Assembly: GCA_951406725.2 (NCBI GenBank)
Contig: OX597815.1
Coordinates: forward strand, 54,684,001-54,748,000
Reading direction: 5' to 3'
DNA from: Octopus vulgaris
Lineage: Eukaryota
DNA length: 64,000 nt
Shown: positions 25,411 to 39,361 of the stretch, piece after piece
How positions within the stretch are numbered: the first letter of the stretch is position 1
Layout of the letters: every line of letters begins with the position of its first letter
Program-made: the position numbers and the translations under genes
The notes under the pieces: generated by a model
The model's database searches: none
What the model was told of the DNA's origin: nothing
The model's input: only the letters and a program-made list of their open reading frames with translations

Positions 25411-28187
25411 CAGGATGCTGATGATGAGTCTAAGAGTTGAATGATTGAAATTATGTATTAGAATTATTAGTTTCATCCTTCATATTTCTAAAGTTATATC
25501 GTACTTGTAAATACAGTATCTTAAATATTTTTCGAATGCGTTATGTTATAAATCAACTGAACGAATTGTATAGTTCCAAATATACCATGTCTCCGTCTAT
25601 TTAACGACTGTATAACATTTTCACATGCAGTTGATAGTTGAGTTGGGTTCAGTATTGTAGCCTGGAAATGTTGCACAGTCATATTTGGTGATAGTCATAA
25701 TGGAACCGGTCAAGGTAGACTCGGTGAAGGGCAAAGTGCTACAGTTGTTTGTTAATGCATTTATTTATAGCGTATATTCCGTCACAGATCTGAGTAATAA
25801 AGTTACAGTAATATCCTCATTACAAGTAATGAGTCTCTTTCTGTGTGCATAAGATTTGGTATGCTTATCAGAGATGATATAATGATTTCAGAATGTTGCT
25901 GTTATAGTGTTCTTGTATCAGGGTATTCGAGCGTGATTTTACGCGTGACAGAACGGGCTATGACTTTGTGTGCTGTAACACCTACCAATGCCTTTCGTTT
26001 AACGAGGGACTCTTTCATTTTAACATTTTCGTTTCGATGTGTATGCAATCTATTGTTGTCAAAATGCAAATTACGCTGCTTTCTGTTCTTTCTTGTTTAT
26101 TGTGACTGCTATTGGAAAGATTTAGAATCTAGACTGAGTTCATTCATCTATGATTGTTCTTGTGTATTGTTTATACAGCAATGTCCTTTGTCTATCGCTA
26201 TTCGCCAGAGATGAACGTTCTAAGAATGTTATCTCCGCGTCGTTTTGCTTTTTTTCACTATCCGTTCTGTGTTCTTAGAATATTGTAGAGGTGTCATTAA
26301 GTATTTTTGTATGTTATATATTGGTAGCACTTGCTGTAATGTGGTACTACTGAAAGATGGAAGGCAATGGTCTTTAATAGGTTTTATTCAGGTAGTTTAT
26401 GTAAGATTGTGGAGTAGATTTACAATTGAGGAGAGGACGTGTGTCATATGTCTTATGTATGTTTTGATCATTTGTAGCAAGGTCATATATTTATAGATTG
26501 AAAAGTATGTATTACAGGGCAGACATGACAAATTTTAAATTCTGGAGAGATTTTACTTTCAACCTTACTACAATTAAAACATAGATGGTTGTTACTTAAG
26601 AAACCATAAGTATAAATCTCATAATCTATATTCTATGATAAACAGGGTGTTTGAAATCATCTTTGCGTTCTTGAGGAGAGTATTCGGAAATATTATGACA
26701 TTCAAATATGAATTAGAAGCAGCACTAGTTTAATAAACATTGTTGATCATATATATTTAACGTATATGTGCGTGTATTTGCTGGAAGGCCTGTCCATAAC
26801 TCACAGTCATTTTAACACCTGGTGCTCTGAGAGAGTAATCTCCGGCACGCCAAATCGTAGCCTACAAATCGACAAACACACAAACCATATATATTAAATA
26901 TCGATGATGGTTATTAAGACATTATTTATTTCAGTATAAATATTACCAATCTGAGAGAGAGGAGATTTTTAAAACTAGTCTTATCAATGGTAGAGGCGCA
27001 TTTTTATTTTGATCAGTCAACCAAATACAAAATAATCCAATTCAGGAAAACTACAGTAAGTTTTAACATATCTAACAAAAACATTTGACTATTCTTTATC
27101 TGTACATATTTCTTTGCAGTTTCTTTTTGTCTAGGTGGGTTTATATACTTTCTTCAGTTTGTCATGGCTTACCAGCTTTACATGGACACATGAATTGATT
27201 AAATAAACATCATTATATGTTTGCTTGCTTCGTTTTGTTTTTGTTTTCTTGTCTAGGGTTAGGTGCGCATAATGGAATTTAGCTACAATATATTAGTGGT
27301 ACCTACTTTTATTCACCACTTCCTCTCGCTTTGGGTTAGTTTCGAAAAGGAAGTCAATACAAGTGAGATTTGAATTCAGAGCATGAAGGAACGTGAGTGA
27401 AATACTGTGAGGTTTGTCAAGGTCACAGCTTTTACCAGTTCGTAGTTTCCGATACAATCACACTTCACAAAACTTTGGGCAAGTATTGGCCAGGTTAATA
27501 TCACTACCGTCATTAAATTTTGTAGCAATCTTTCGAATCTGATCTTTCCCTTCCTCCCACTGCTCTCAAAGATTCTGAAATAGGCTCAGGAGCGTAATCC
27601 TCCCTCTCTGGCTATTCGATATAAAATATATACAAGGACCTTAAGTTGCCTTTGTCGACAGTGGTTAGAATAGTGTCCATAGTTTTTTTCCTTTTCGTAT
27701 TTTTGTTGTTTTTGTAAGGAAGTTATCCTTTAAAAAGTATACAAAATAAAAGGTTTATGACTAATGTCCTCAATCCGTATATTGATCTGAAGAGTTTAGA
27801 ATACGGGTATCAGTTATGAGTTTTTCTAAGATGTTTCAGGATGTATCACTTGAGTTTTTGTTGTGTTTTAACATTGTGGTGATTTTTGCCTGGTTTAATG
27901 GTCTGGATTATTTTGTAGAGTTGGCATGAATAGCTGAAGCTGTTGAGGATTGCAGTGATTTCTTCACTGATGTACGTTTATTTTCTCAGGTTCCACAGTT
28001 TCTGCTTTCCTTACTGACTTTCAGTTACCCTACAGAAGGAAGTCACCACCAGTATGACTTAAATCCTATTGTGATTATTCGGACTTGGCAGTTATTTCCA
28101 GAGAAAATCTGATGTGTTTGCTTGATGTTGCAGTTTAAGTGTTGTTGTTGTTGTTCTTGTTCTTGTTGTTCTTGTTGTTCTTGTTGT

Positions 28188-28223
<36 letters not shown>

Positions 28224-28429
28224 CGGCGACGATGATGATAATGATGATTATGGTGGTAGTAGTAGTGGTGGTGGTATTGGTGGCGGCGGCGGCGGTGGTG
28301 GTGGCGGCGGTGGTGGTGGCGGCGGTGGTGGCGGTGGCGGTGGCGGCAGCGGTAGTGATGATGATGATGATGACGATGATGACGAATATGATGATGATAA
28401 TAGTAAATATTGGATGAAATCTTAGGAAG

Positions 28430-29380
28430 GTGATTTCCAAAGTTACTTGAGACACTTTGGAATTATCTCGACAAGTATCCATTTCGTCCAACAATGTTAT
28501 TGTGTTTCTGGGGTATTGTGTTTCTGGGTATAAACATCTCAGTTCACTCATCAATGCTAAAACTTTCACCGACATCTACTTTATTTTCATCACTATCTTC
28601 CTCACCACTTTTATTGCTTTTGCCAGAATTCGAAACAATATCTATCAGTTCAGAGTCAGTACAGGGATACGCAACGGGCGTTTTCTCATTAGCATTCATC
28701 CAGACAGTCTACTTGCTTAATTCTTGGCATCAGATCCCCTACAAGATTTGTCATACTGAAACAACTCATTAATACATTCTTTCTCTTTTATTACATGAAA
28801 TCTTATAAAATCTTTAACATTTCCGTTACGTAAATTCTCAAACATCAAGACAGGCCGTAATTTATGCTGACCCGTGTTAATAGTCTTATATGATGCCAAC
28901 CACTAAGAACGATGCAGAGTTTCTTTCATGTTGTATGCTTCAATAAATGTTTTTATAAGCTTGCCAACATCTGCTAACCACATCCATCATACTTCTCGCG
29001 AAAAGTAAGGATACTTCCCCTTCATGGAAACAGAATTCCTTGCTTTTCACTTTGAATAAGGGACATACAGTTTAGCGTAAATATATTGTTCTGACAGGAT
29101 TTGAGCTGAACGGTTGTCCAGAATGAAAATTTTCCAGTTAACTTTTTCGTTAAACCTGCAAATGTGTAGTCTGCTATGGCTTCTGACTCTAAATTGTTTT
29201 CAAAACACTGTATAGTAATCTTGGTGGAAATCCATTTTCATTTGCACGGTATATTTCTGGGGAAATTTCAATACCTCCCAAGGCCTTTTCAAGGCTCAAG
29301 TGAATTTACTTTTCCTATTTCTAGTGGCTTATTTCAGTGCGTGCTTCTGAATTTGAACGCTTGGGGTGGTAATACTACCT
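28430..29380 (-). pseudogene. Tigger/pogo (CENP-B-like DDE) transposase remnant
   Basis: Minus strand fragments KIFILDNRSAQ, NCMSLIQSEKQGIL, FIEAYNMKE and the acidic tail ANEKTPVAYPCTDSELIDIV...GEEDSDE. Confidence 0.65.
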
Positions 29381-30479
29381 TTATATTAATTTAATCCGGA
29401 GAGTTTTCGTCCTCTCCTATTAATATCCTTCTAAGAGTACATCACCAATATATTGCAGTTTCGCATTAGCGATAACCTTAGAAAATCCGAAAGAATTTAA
29501 GTTCTATATAGTCTTGTTATTTGTATCAATTTTGTTTTTGCTGTTGTTGTAAATAAATGTGGTGTGTTTAGGGATAATGTGGCTGCAGAAACAAGATCAC
29601 CTTAAGATGCATAAACAAGGATTCAATGGAAACTGAATGTGTCATTTTGAAAGTGAAAAGCTAAAAAAGACCGGATTACCTGATTCACGAATAAGTTGAT
29701 CTGAACTTGAGTGATCGTCACCTCTCTAAAGAGGGGATTAGATGGCTTTGATAAGCTTAGGTCAGAATATACTTTTCGAGAACGTCGTTTAGAGGGAATC
29801 TGCTACTACTGCTACTGCTGATCTTGCTACTACTCCATCTGCTGCCACACCTACTACTAGTGCTTGCACTGATGCTACCACAGGGGTTATTACTGCTATA
29901 GTCATTGACTCTACTGCTACTGCTACAACTACTACAACTACTGCTACTACTACCTCTACAATTACTACTATTGCTTCTATTGCTGCTTCTACTGCAGCTG
30001 CTGCTACTACAACTACTACTACCATTAACAACTCTATTGATATTAATGTTATTACTACTGCTATTACTGCTACAACTAGTACTTCTACTACTTCTTCCAC
30101 TGTAATCACAACCACTGGTATTGTCATTATTTCCATTGATAATACTGCTACCACTAATACTACTATGGATAATTAATCATATCCATCCTTCAAGACCTAT
30201 TAATCCTCTATTAACCTTCTAGTATAATGTAGTCGCGTTATATATTACGTAGAAGTCTCTCATTTTTAAGTTACGCCCATATTGATACCCGATTTAACTT
30301 AACAAACTACCTGTACCTCTTCGACAATATCTCTTGGTTAGGGGAATATATGTTACTTCGACCCTCTCTAAGAGATGAGAACGTTGAAGTCACAGATAAC
30401 TATAGCTTCAGCATTCCCAGCTCCTTGTGAACTTACTACTCATTGATGCTGCCTATTATGCCGATGCAAAAGTCGAGTC

Positions 30480-32515
30480 TTTTGTACTCATCAATTTTCT
30501 TCAACATTTCGTCACTTCCTCTGTGTGCAGCCTAGGTTGAAACTCAAATACCGAAAACACCCTTGATCTTTTTCTCACCTCTAGACCTATCTCATACAAC
30601 ATCTTGTATATATTGTATATATTGTATATATTGTACACTTACAAATTTCCCTAAGGCACCTGATGAAGGCTGGAGGGTATATCAGCCGAAACATTGTGTT
30701 AACAACAAACAAAATGAGGACAAATATCCGTCAAATGTAAATAATGTAAATAATGTACATAATTCCTCATCTCTTAAATATAGAACTGTATTATCTAATC
30801 GGTACGGAGCCGACATTAGACTTCAATGGAGACATATAGAGAAACTCCTTCAAAACCTAGCTCGTCTTTCAAACCATCTAGCTTTCCTCTGTACATGTAG
30901 AGACTCAAAGTTAATACCACCTGGCTTGAATATAATGACTCCAGTGGGTTCATATAAAGCTAGAAGAGTAGCGGAAAGGGCAGGACATGCCCTCGTCAGT
31001 GAGAGGATCCATTACAACCGTTGGAAAAAACATCAACTAAATAACGAAATCAAAGAGAGGTTATCTTCATTACTTAGGAAAATAACCAGAGATGATGATA
31101 GAAAGAGAATCCAACAAGATCTAGAAAAGTCGTACATGAAAGAATTTGAAATGGTGAAGACACGCCAGATTAAGAAATTTATGAAACTCAAGGGTCAGAG
31201 AATGAAGACTGAAGTCCGTGACTCACCTGTGAAAGCAGTAATTAATGTAAGTAGCCAACATCTAGGAAGCTCTGAAGAAGCAGTGCTAAACAAAGGTCAC
31301 AACTTTGCGACAACCATCAAGCGCATTCCATACTTGGACATAATAGCCTCTATTGAAGAGATAACGGTAAAGATACCAAAAGCTCGGGGAGATGAACTAA
31401 GGTGGAAAGTGAGACAAGTACTAGAAAAAGCGAAACTTTCCTATATCGACAAGAAAAGGGTTTAGCTATGGGTTCGCCATTCTCAGCGATAATAGCAAAT
31501 ATATACATGGAATACTTTGAGAATTTGGCTTTAGGATCAACACCACTAAAACCAACCCTATGGCAGCGATATGCTGATGACACCTTTATACTCTGGCCCC
31601 ATCAGGAAGATGTCCAAGTGCTGTTAGATCATGTGAACTCAATGAAGCCATCCATACAGTTCACAATGGAAAAGGAAAAAGACAATCAGCTGGCATTCCT
31701 GGACGTATTAATAACACGCACCTAGTATGGATTCGGGACATCCGTATATTGCAAGCCAACCTTCACTGGACGATACCTAAACTTCAATTCACATCATCCA
31801 CACAATGTAAAGAGAGGAATTACTCAGTGCCTAAAACCTCGAGCAAAGAATATAAGTAGCGAGCGTGATACCCACCACGAAGAAATGAGCAGGCTCAGCA
31901 ACAACAAACCCCAAAAAATTATGTAGAAAAGAGAGGATGAAACCAATAAACTATCTACAGTCTGTCTACCCAATGTGAAAGGCCTCTCCGAAAAGATACA
32001 AAAGATATGTAGCCCATATGACATCAGGGCAGCATTCAAGCAACACTTCGCAAATATCTTCTTCGGGTAAAACCACCAATAGAAGAGAATATGACCCAAA
32101 ACTGCGTGTACTCTATTCCATGCAATTGTGGTAGGTTATACAAAGGCGAAACATGCCGCCCCCTCAAAATAAGGGTAGAGGAACATCGCAAAGCTATGAC
32201 ACGAGATGTTGATAAATCGGATATAGCTGATCATGTATAGAAAAACAGAGACCACCTCCCACAGTGGGATGAAGTTTAAATAATAGACTGAGAACACCAC
32301 TGGAAAATACGAAAACTAAAAGAAGCAGCACATATGCTAGGACACAACAACCTCCTAAGCAAACTGAGTAGAAATATGAATAGCATATGGGAACCAGTAT
32401 TAAGGAAGGCTAGGAAAATATAGGTCCTAAAATTCGCTCCATAATTGCCCACGGGCAAATGTAAATAATGTAAATTATGTACATAATTCCTCATGTCTTA
32501 AATATAGAACTGTAT
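30480..32515 (+). mobile_element. Penelope/Poseidon-type PLE, internally deleted, with 5' pseudo-LTR and partial 3' repeat ending in (TA)n; 5' boundary approximate
   Basis: N-terminus RYG...NHLAFLCTCRDSKLIPPGL; RT GLAMGSPFSAIIANIYME, RYADD, LAFLDVLI; endonuclease CVYSIPCNCGRLYKGETCRPLKIRVEEH; 30733-30791 repeated at 32457-32515; early RT motifs deleted near 31435. Confidence 0.92.
30655..30700 (+). ncRNA. Minimal type I hammerhead ribozyme in the PLE 5' pseudo-LTR
   Basis: GGCAC-CUGAUGA-a-GGCUG-gaggguauau-CAGCC-GAAAC-AUU-GUGUU; stem III ACAU may be CpG-decayed ACGU. Confidence 0.75.
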
Positions 32516-32517
32516 AT

Positions 32518-33216
<699 letters not shown>

Positions 33217-33715
33217 ACGTAGTTCCATTGCTTTTCGGTATAGCGGATCGTTCCGCGCACATTTGTAAAAAAGAAAACTTTTGAATTTTCCGTTGCTGCA
33301 TATTTCCAGATACTTACTAAATAGAATCTTGCATAATTGCTTTTGTCGGATACGTTGCCTGTGGATTCTTCCACGTTGGCAGAGGGAATTATTTGTTTCG
33401 CTAATGTAATTTTCTCTGCAGTTTGGGCAGGTATATGAGGGTTTGATCTGAATTTATTTTGAAAAGGGATCCGGTCTTGAATTTTATGTAGGAACCACTT
33501 TCTAAGTATTTGAAGTTGTTGTTGTTATCGCATGTTCCACATCGCCTATCTTCACATTCTTTTACTAAGAATTCTGATTCATTCTCTGATTTGAATTCTG
33601 CCCTTGTGAGGTGTTTTTTAAGATGTTTTGCTTGACGTCTACTATTCCGTGAAGTGTTTTTTTCAATCAGATTTTTTATTCTGGGGCTTTCTAGGAGTAT
33701 AACACACGCACTCTT

Positions 33716-33802
<87 letters not shown>

Positions 33803-33902
33803 GAAAGAATGGAGTCGAACGAAGATGTTAACAAAATTTCTTTACTCTCAACATATGTTTCGAAGACACATGCTGACGATAAACATAGGATAATTCATTC
33901 AC

Positions 33903-33945
<43 letters not shown>

Positions 33946-34075
33946 ACATACCGAAGTTTAGAAATAGTAGCCAGAGCTATTTCCTCTACTTTAAAAAGAG
34001 ATTCCCGGACAAAAACAAAGTACTCGAAAACAATCCACGCAGGCAGAGATGAAGAATAACGAAAATCAATTACCT

Positions 34076-34139
34076 ATGTACGCGTTTCAGAATTAGTTCG
34101 GTATAAAGAATGTAGAATTTATACTTTACTCGTCAGCAT
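34076..34139 (-). ncRNA. Hammerhead motif with damaged stem II base, in a short insert following (TA)n
   Basis: AUG-CUGACGA...GUAUAAA/UUUAUAC...GAAAC-GC-GUA-CAU; canonical core and palindromic ACGCGU stem III, but weak pairing at the stem II base. Confidence 0.5.
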
Positions 34140-34251
34140 GGAACTTCACAATACAATATAATAATATAATATTATAATATAATATAATATAATATAATAT
34201 AATAATATAATATAATAACTTTCCGGACAAACCAATGTATATATATATATA

Positions 34252-34818
34252 TTGGGTTGTCCGGAAAGTTTGTGCCGATTTATAGTAGCTTACCTTTCGA
34301 CTTATTTTAGAACATCGTTGAGTCCATAAAATAGGATCTGACTACACTTCCATTTAGAGCACAGTTTAAGCTATCTTTTCATAAAAGAAGGTTTATATTC
34401 CTATAACCTGTATTAATTCTGTAACCCTTTAAAATGGAAGATAAGAAAGTTCCTTTTCTGCACTTGATGCTTTGGGGAAACAGACAAAAATTGCTGCAGT
34501 TCGGCTAGGATGTGTTACCCCACCCTCCATATTCACCAGATATTACTCCTTCGGGTTTCCACTTATTCAAGTCTCTGCAGAATAGTCTTAATGGTAAATA
34601 TTTCAATTCCTTGGATGACGTAAAAAGATACCTTGATGAATTATTTGCCATGAAACCACCTCAATTCTGGAAAGAGGGTATTTTCAAGTTAAAGGAAAGA
34701 TGGAGACGCATTGTGCAACAAAATGGTTTATATTTGGTTCATTAAAAATGTAATGGCAAGTATTTATTGACCTTTTCCTTTCCTTTAAAAATCGGCACGA
34801 ACTTTCCAGGCAACCCAA
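34252..34818 (+). mobile_element. Internally deleted mariner (Hsmar1/cecropia-like)
   Basis: TIRs ttgggttgtccggaaagtttgtgccgattt / aaatcggcacgaactttccaggcaacccaa with TA flanks; C-terminus LPHPPYSPDITPSGFHLFKSLQNSL...GIFKLKERW. Confidence 0.9.
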
Positions 34819-34938
34819 TACACACACACGCACACGCACACACACACACACACACACACATACATACATGTATATATTTATATATATATATTTATATATA
34901 TATTTATATATTTATATATATATATATTTATATATATT

Positions 34939-34970
<32 letters not shown>

Positions 34971-34989
34971 TATATATACATATATATAC

Positions 34990-35147
34990 AACGGGCTTCC
35001 AGACAGTTTTTGTTTATCAAATTTGTTCAAAAGGCATTAGTCGGCCTGGTACTATAGCAGAAAAAAGTTACCCAAAATGCTGTGCAGTGGCAGTGAACGC
35101 GAAACCACGTGGTTGAAAGGCGAGCTTCTTGACCACACCCACACCTG
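34990..35147 (-). mobile_element. Decayed SINE family A head
   Basis: Diverged match to 1940-2102. Confidence 0.65.
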
Positions 35148-35689
35148 TTTGTTATTGTTCCAAGATGGATAAAACAAGCCCTGGGAACGGTTTACTTGAC
35201 TGTGTTCGGTCCACAACAGGCGTTACCTTAACTCTACAGTGAAAATAAAGAAAAGTCAATTCATTTGTAAGTGAATAGATAAATGTAACAGCTCACTTCA
35301 GAGAAGACATACATTAAGGACAGGAAAACATACATAAATATATACTTGAATACATACACAAATTTTCAATTATCAAAAAGTGATGTCTAAAATTGGATAA
35401 AATGAGGAATGATTGATTTCAATAATTAGTACTCTTTAACTGAATGGTGCGTAAATATATCAAAAGGGAGCCACACCCGCAGATGGTGAAGAAGTTAGAG
35501 AATATTTTAAGCTTTTTTTTTTTTTTTTTAGTCGAGTTTCGTTATTTTCATATGACATTTTTCCATAATCTTTTTTCTTCTGACCGAAATATTTTAAATC
35601 TTTGTTTCATTTTTTTATCTTTCTGATGTATAAGGATGGATATTGACGTGTATGAGTCTATTTTCAAATGTAATTCTGAAGAAGAGTGA

Positions 35690-36088
35690 AGGCGCAGGAG
35701 TGGCTCTGTGGTTCCGGGTTCAGTCCCACTGCGTGGCACTTTGGGCAAGTATCTTCTACTATAGCCTCGGGCCGACCAAAGCCTTGTGAGTGGATTTGGT
35801 AGACGGAAATTGAAAGAAGCCCGTCTTATATATGCATATATATATATGTATGTGTGTGTCTATGTTTGTGTGTCTGTGCTTGTCCCCCCACCCCAACATC
35901 GCTTGACAACCGATGCTGGTGTGTTTAAGTCCCCGTAGATTAGCGGTTCGGCAATAAGAGACCGATAGAATAAGAACTAGGCTTACAAAGAATAAGTCCT
36001 GGGGTTGATTTGGTCGACTAAATGCGGTGCTCCAGCATGGCCGCAGTCAAATGACTGAAACAAGTAAATGAGTAAAAGAGTAAAGAGT
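35690..36088 (+). mobile_element. SINE family A copy with a deletion between the A and B boxes
   Basis: aggcgcaggagtggctctgtgg joined directly to ttccgggttcagtccc; ends aaacaagtaaatgagtaaaagagt. Confidence 0.9.
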
Positions 36089-36959
36089 CAAATTTACCTT
36101 ATCTTGGATTACTCATTTTGCCCCGATCAAATTTGTCTTTTATATGCTCAAAGAGAACGGCGATAATTTTCTGAAATGATGTTCAGATTATGTTATAATG
36201 CTTTTAGAGCATTTAGGGAAGACCATTTAACTGGATAATATAGTCTTTGTAAGATAGTGAACATTTATAAATAACTCTCTTTTTTTTCTTTTTTCTGGAA
36301 GTCAAAAATGTAGTAAAACCTTTTCATTGTTCCCACACACACACTCACACCATCAGTTTACTATACAAAAGTAATATAGTTACTTGGTGATCTAGACTAA
36401 AACTCTATTGGTCATATGTCTGCTGAAGTAAGCTACGCGTCGCGTTAAGTAACAACATTATCAATACCAACCCCACTAATATTTATTTAATGTATCTATG
36501 AGCCAATGAGGGAACCGCTTATCAAACAAACCTTTTTCTAAACTCCTAAAGGACATGTAATGTATTCCTAGATACACTATGTATGAAAATAGGATGGGAC
36601 GCTTACCTATAGAATGTTTGTTCATAATTATGTCCTATTAACTTTGACTTGGATGAGAAGACAAAAGCATAGAAATACTTTTCAAGGGAAGTAAATCAAA
36701 ATATATATATTTAAAAGTTACTTCCCATGGACCACATGTTGCTGAACGCGTGCAGTTGCTAAATTTCCTTTATCTTTCCCTTCTTACAGGCATGAGACTG
36801 CTGCTAAGCTGAGATTTATTTGTAAGTCTGATACGTATTCTGTCGGGTTCTTATACCGAACCGCAAACATATAAGGACATAAACAAAGCAACACCGGTTG
36901 TCAAGTGGGGAAGAAGGGTAAAGACAAATCCACACACCCATACATATAAAATATATATT

Positions 36960-37300
36960 TACTCTTTTACTCCTTTACTTGTTTCAGTCATTTGACTGTG
37001 GCCATGCTGGAGCACCGCCTTTTAGTCGAGCAAATCGACCCCAGGACTTATTCTTTGTAAGCCTAGTACTTATTCTATCGGTCTCTTTTGCCGAACCGCT
37101 AAGTTACGGAGACGTAAACACAGACACACACATATATATACATATATACGACGGTCTTCTTTCAGTTTCCGTCTGCCAAATCCACTCACAAGGCTTTGGT
37201 CGGCCCGAGGCTATAGTAGAAGACACTTGCCCAGTGGGACTGAACCCAGAACCATGTGGTTGGTAAGCAAGCTACTTACCACACAGCTACTCCTACGCCT
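36960..37300 (-). mobile_element. SINE family A copy
   Basis: High identity to the other copies, with internal deletions. Confidence 0.9.
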
Positions 37301-37312
37301 ATATGTACATAT

Positions 37313-37436
37313 ATAACTTATAAAATAAGGGTTAAAGAAAAAATCTAATGCCAAATATGGCGAAAATAGACAAAATTGTCTATTTTCTGCATATTTGGCA
37401 TTAGAATTTTTATTTTGCCCTTATTTAATAAGTTAT
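37313..37436. repeat. Hairpin palindrome with about 60-bp arms and a minimal loop, between TA tracts
   Basis: ataacttataaaataaggg...gaaaatagacaa folds onto ttgtctattttc...cccttatttaataagttat. Confidence 0.8.
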
Positions 37437-37524
37437 TTATAAATTTAACCATTAAAGGTATTTTTTAATATGCTGGCTATTGATAAAAAAATTTTTCGAA
37501 AAAAAAATTTATCCTACATTAGTA

Positions 37525-37577
<53 letters not shown>

Positions 37578-37658
37578 TTCCTGAGCGTCAAATAATACTT
37601 TAATTGTTCCACGTTGCTGTGTTTTTTTCTGTGTTTTCTTGTTTGGATTAACTATATG

Positions 37659-37707
<49 letters not shown>

Positions 37708-37771
37708 CGGAGATGTACTTGCATAGCAAGTGACCTGATCTGAGATCGTGTGCTGAAACAAAAGCAATTGC

Positions 37772-38033
37772 ATTGCAGCGTGAAAGGTATTTATAAGCTA
37801 TTCAAAATCACACAAAAACAATTAGATTCACTTCAACATTTAAATTTAATTTACCAAAATATTTTCATTGCTTTCACTGACAAAATTCTGTGCAGCACGG
37901 AACTTTGTCATTGAACAGGTTGCGGTCTCAGAGCAACGAAAATATTTTGGCAAATTAAATTGAAATGTTGAAGTGAATCTAATTGTTTTTGTGTGTTATT
38001 TAAATAGCTTATAAACAACTTCCACGCTGCAAT
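37772..38033. mobile_element. Palindromic mini-PLE with about 100-bp arms and a degenerate hammerhead-like motif at 37904-37954 (+)
   Basis: 37772-37873 pairs with 37930-38033; UUUGUCA-UUGAACA-gGUUGC...GCAAC-GAAAAUAUUU-UGGCAAA keeps HHR geometry but the core is non-canonical. Confidence 0.7.
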
Positions 38034-38119
38034 CGTTCATGTGTGCGTGCGTGCGTGCGTGCGTGCGTGTGTGTATGTGTGCTATATGCATCTATGTGCA
38101 TTTAAACGTGAATACACAT

Positions 38120-38472
38120 TCTTTTATTCTTTTATTTGTTACAGTCAAATGACTGTAGCCATGCTGGAGCGCCGCAGGTTTTTTTTTTCCTTAAGATCTG
38201 TACTTATCATATCGGTTTCTTTTGCTAAGCACACATATATATATATATGCGTGTGTGTGTTTGTGTGTCTGTGTTTGTCCCCCTAGCATTGATTGACAAC
38301 CAATGCTGGTGTGTTTATGTCCCCGTTACTTAGCGGTTCGGCAAAAGAGACTGATAGAAAAAATACTGGGCTTACAAAAGAATAAGTCCCGGGGTCGAGT
38401 TGCTCGACTAAAGGCGATGCTCCAGCATGGCTGCAGTCAAATGACTGAAACAAGTAAAAGAGTAAAGAGTAA
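38120..38472. mobile_element. Two opposed SINE family A 3' fragments
   Basis: 38120-38230 (-) decayed and 38250-38472 (+) 3' half. Confidence 0.75.
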
Positions 38473-38736
38473 ATGAGAATTTTAAGTATTTCTAATTACT
38501 TGAAGTTCTAATTACAAGTATTCAGACGTCACCTACAGTCAAACTGAAACCTTGACTGTTGAACAGCTTTAAACGATTTCGAGCATTATTGGATTCACTT
38601 GGGAGGTGTCTGCTTCACTTGACCAATCTTTGAAAAGTAAGTAGTCAATCCAATAGTTTCGGAGAATTAGTGCAACTAATTTGCATGCTATAAGTATTTA
38701 ACACTATTTTAAAAGATAGATAAATGGATAGGTAGG

Positions 38737-38806
<70 letters not shown>

Positions 38807-39329
38807 TGTTAACTCATGATGGTAGGGGCTAGGTTTTTTTCCTTTGTTTCGTTTGGGAAACCGTTGTAGGGCATGGGTTGAGAAACATTGCAGTAAACAG
38901 TTTTTCCCCTCATGTTTGATTTTTAAATACGAGTATTGTCCCAAAAGACATTCGAAAGTGGACATCACTTTTTTTTTCTTTTTTTTTCTTTCTTTTTTTT
39001 TCTTTTTTTTTTTTTGACAGTCATACGTCGTTGCCTATACTAGCACAGTGACACTTCAACTATAGCCTATGGACTCCTTTGATTCCTATTTCACTCAGGT
39101 GTAGGACCCTCCTAGCCATTCAATGTCTAAAAACTTCTATTATATTTTTATGACTATCATTAGGATTTGTATAAAAAGTTGTATAAATATTTTGTCTTGT
39201 AGAAATACAACCAGCTTATTGTACAAAGATTTTAACAACAACATTTGGTATGGATCCACCCAAGGGCCAAACGGTGGACAGAGAAAGACAGAGACAGACA
39301 GACAGATAGACAGACAGACAGAGACAAGC

Positions 39330-39361
<32 letters not shown>

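Noticed and set aside
25700-26500. Possible very old minus-strand Penelope remnant
   Set aside because: Only vague motif echoes across many frameshifts; needs a profile search
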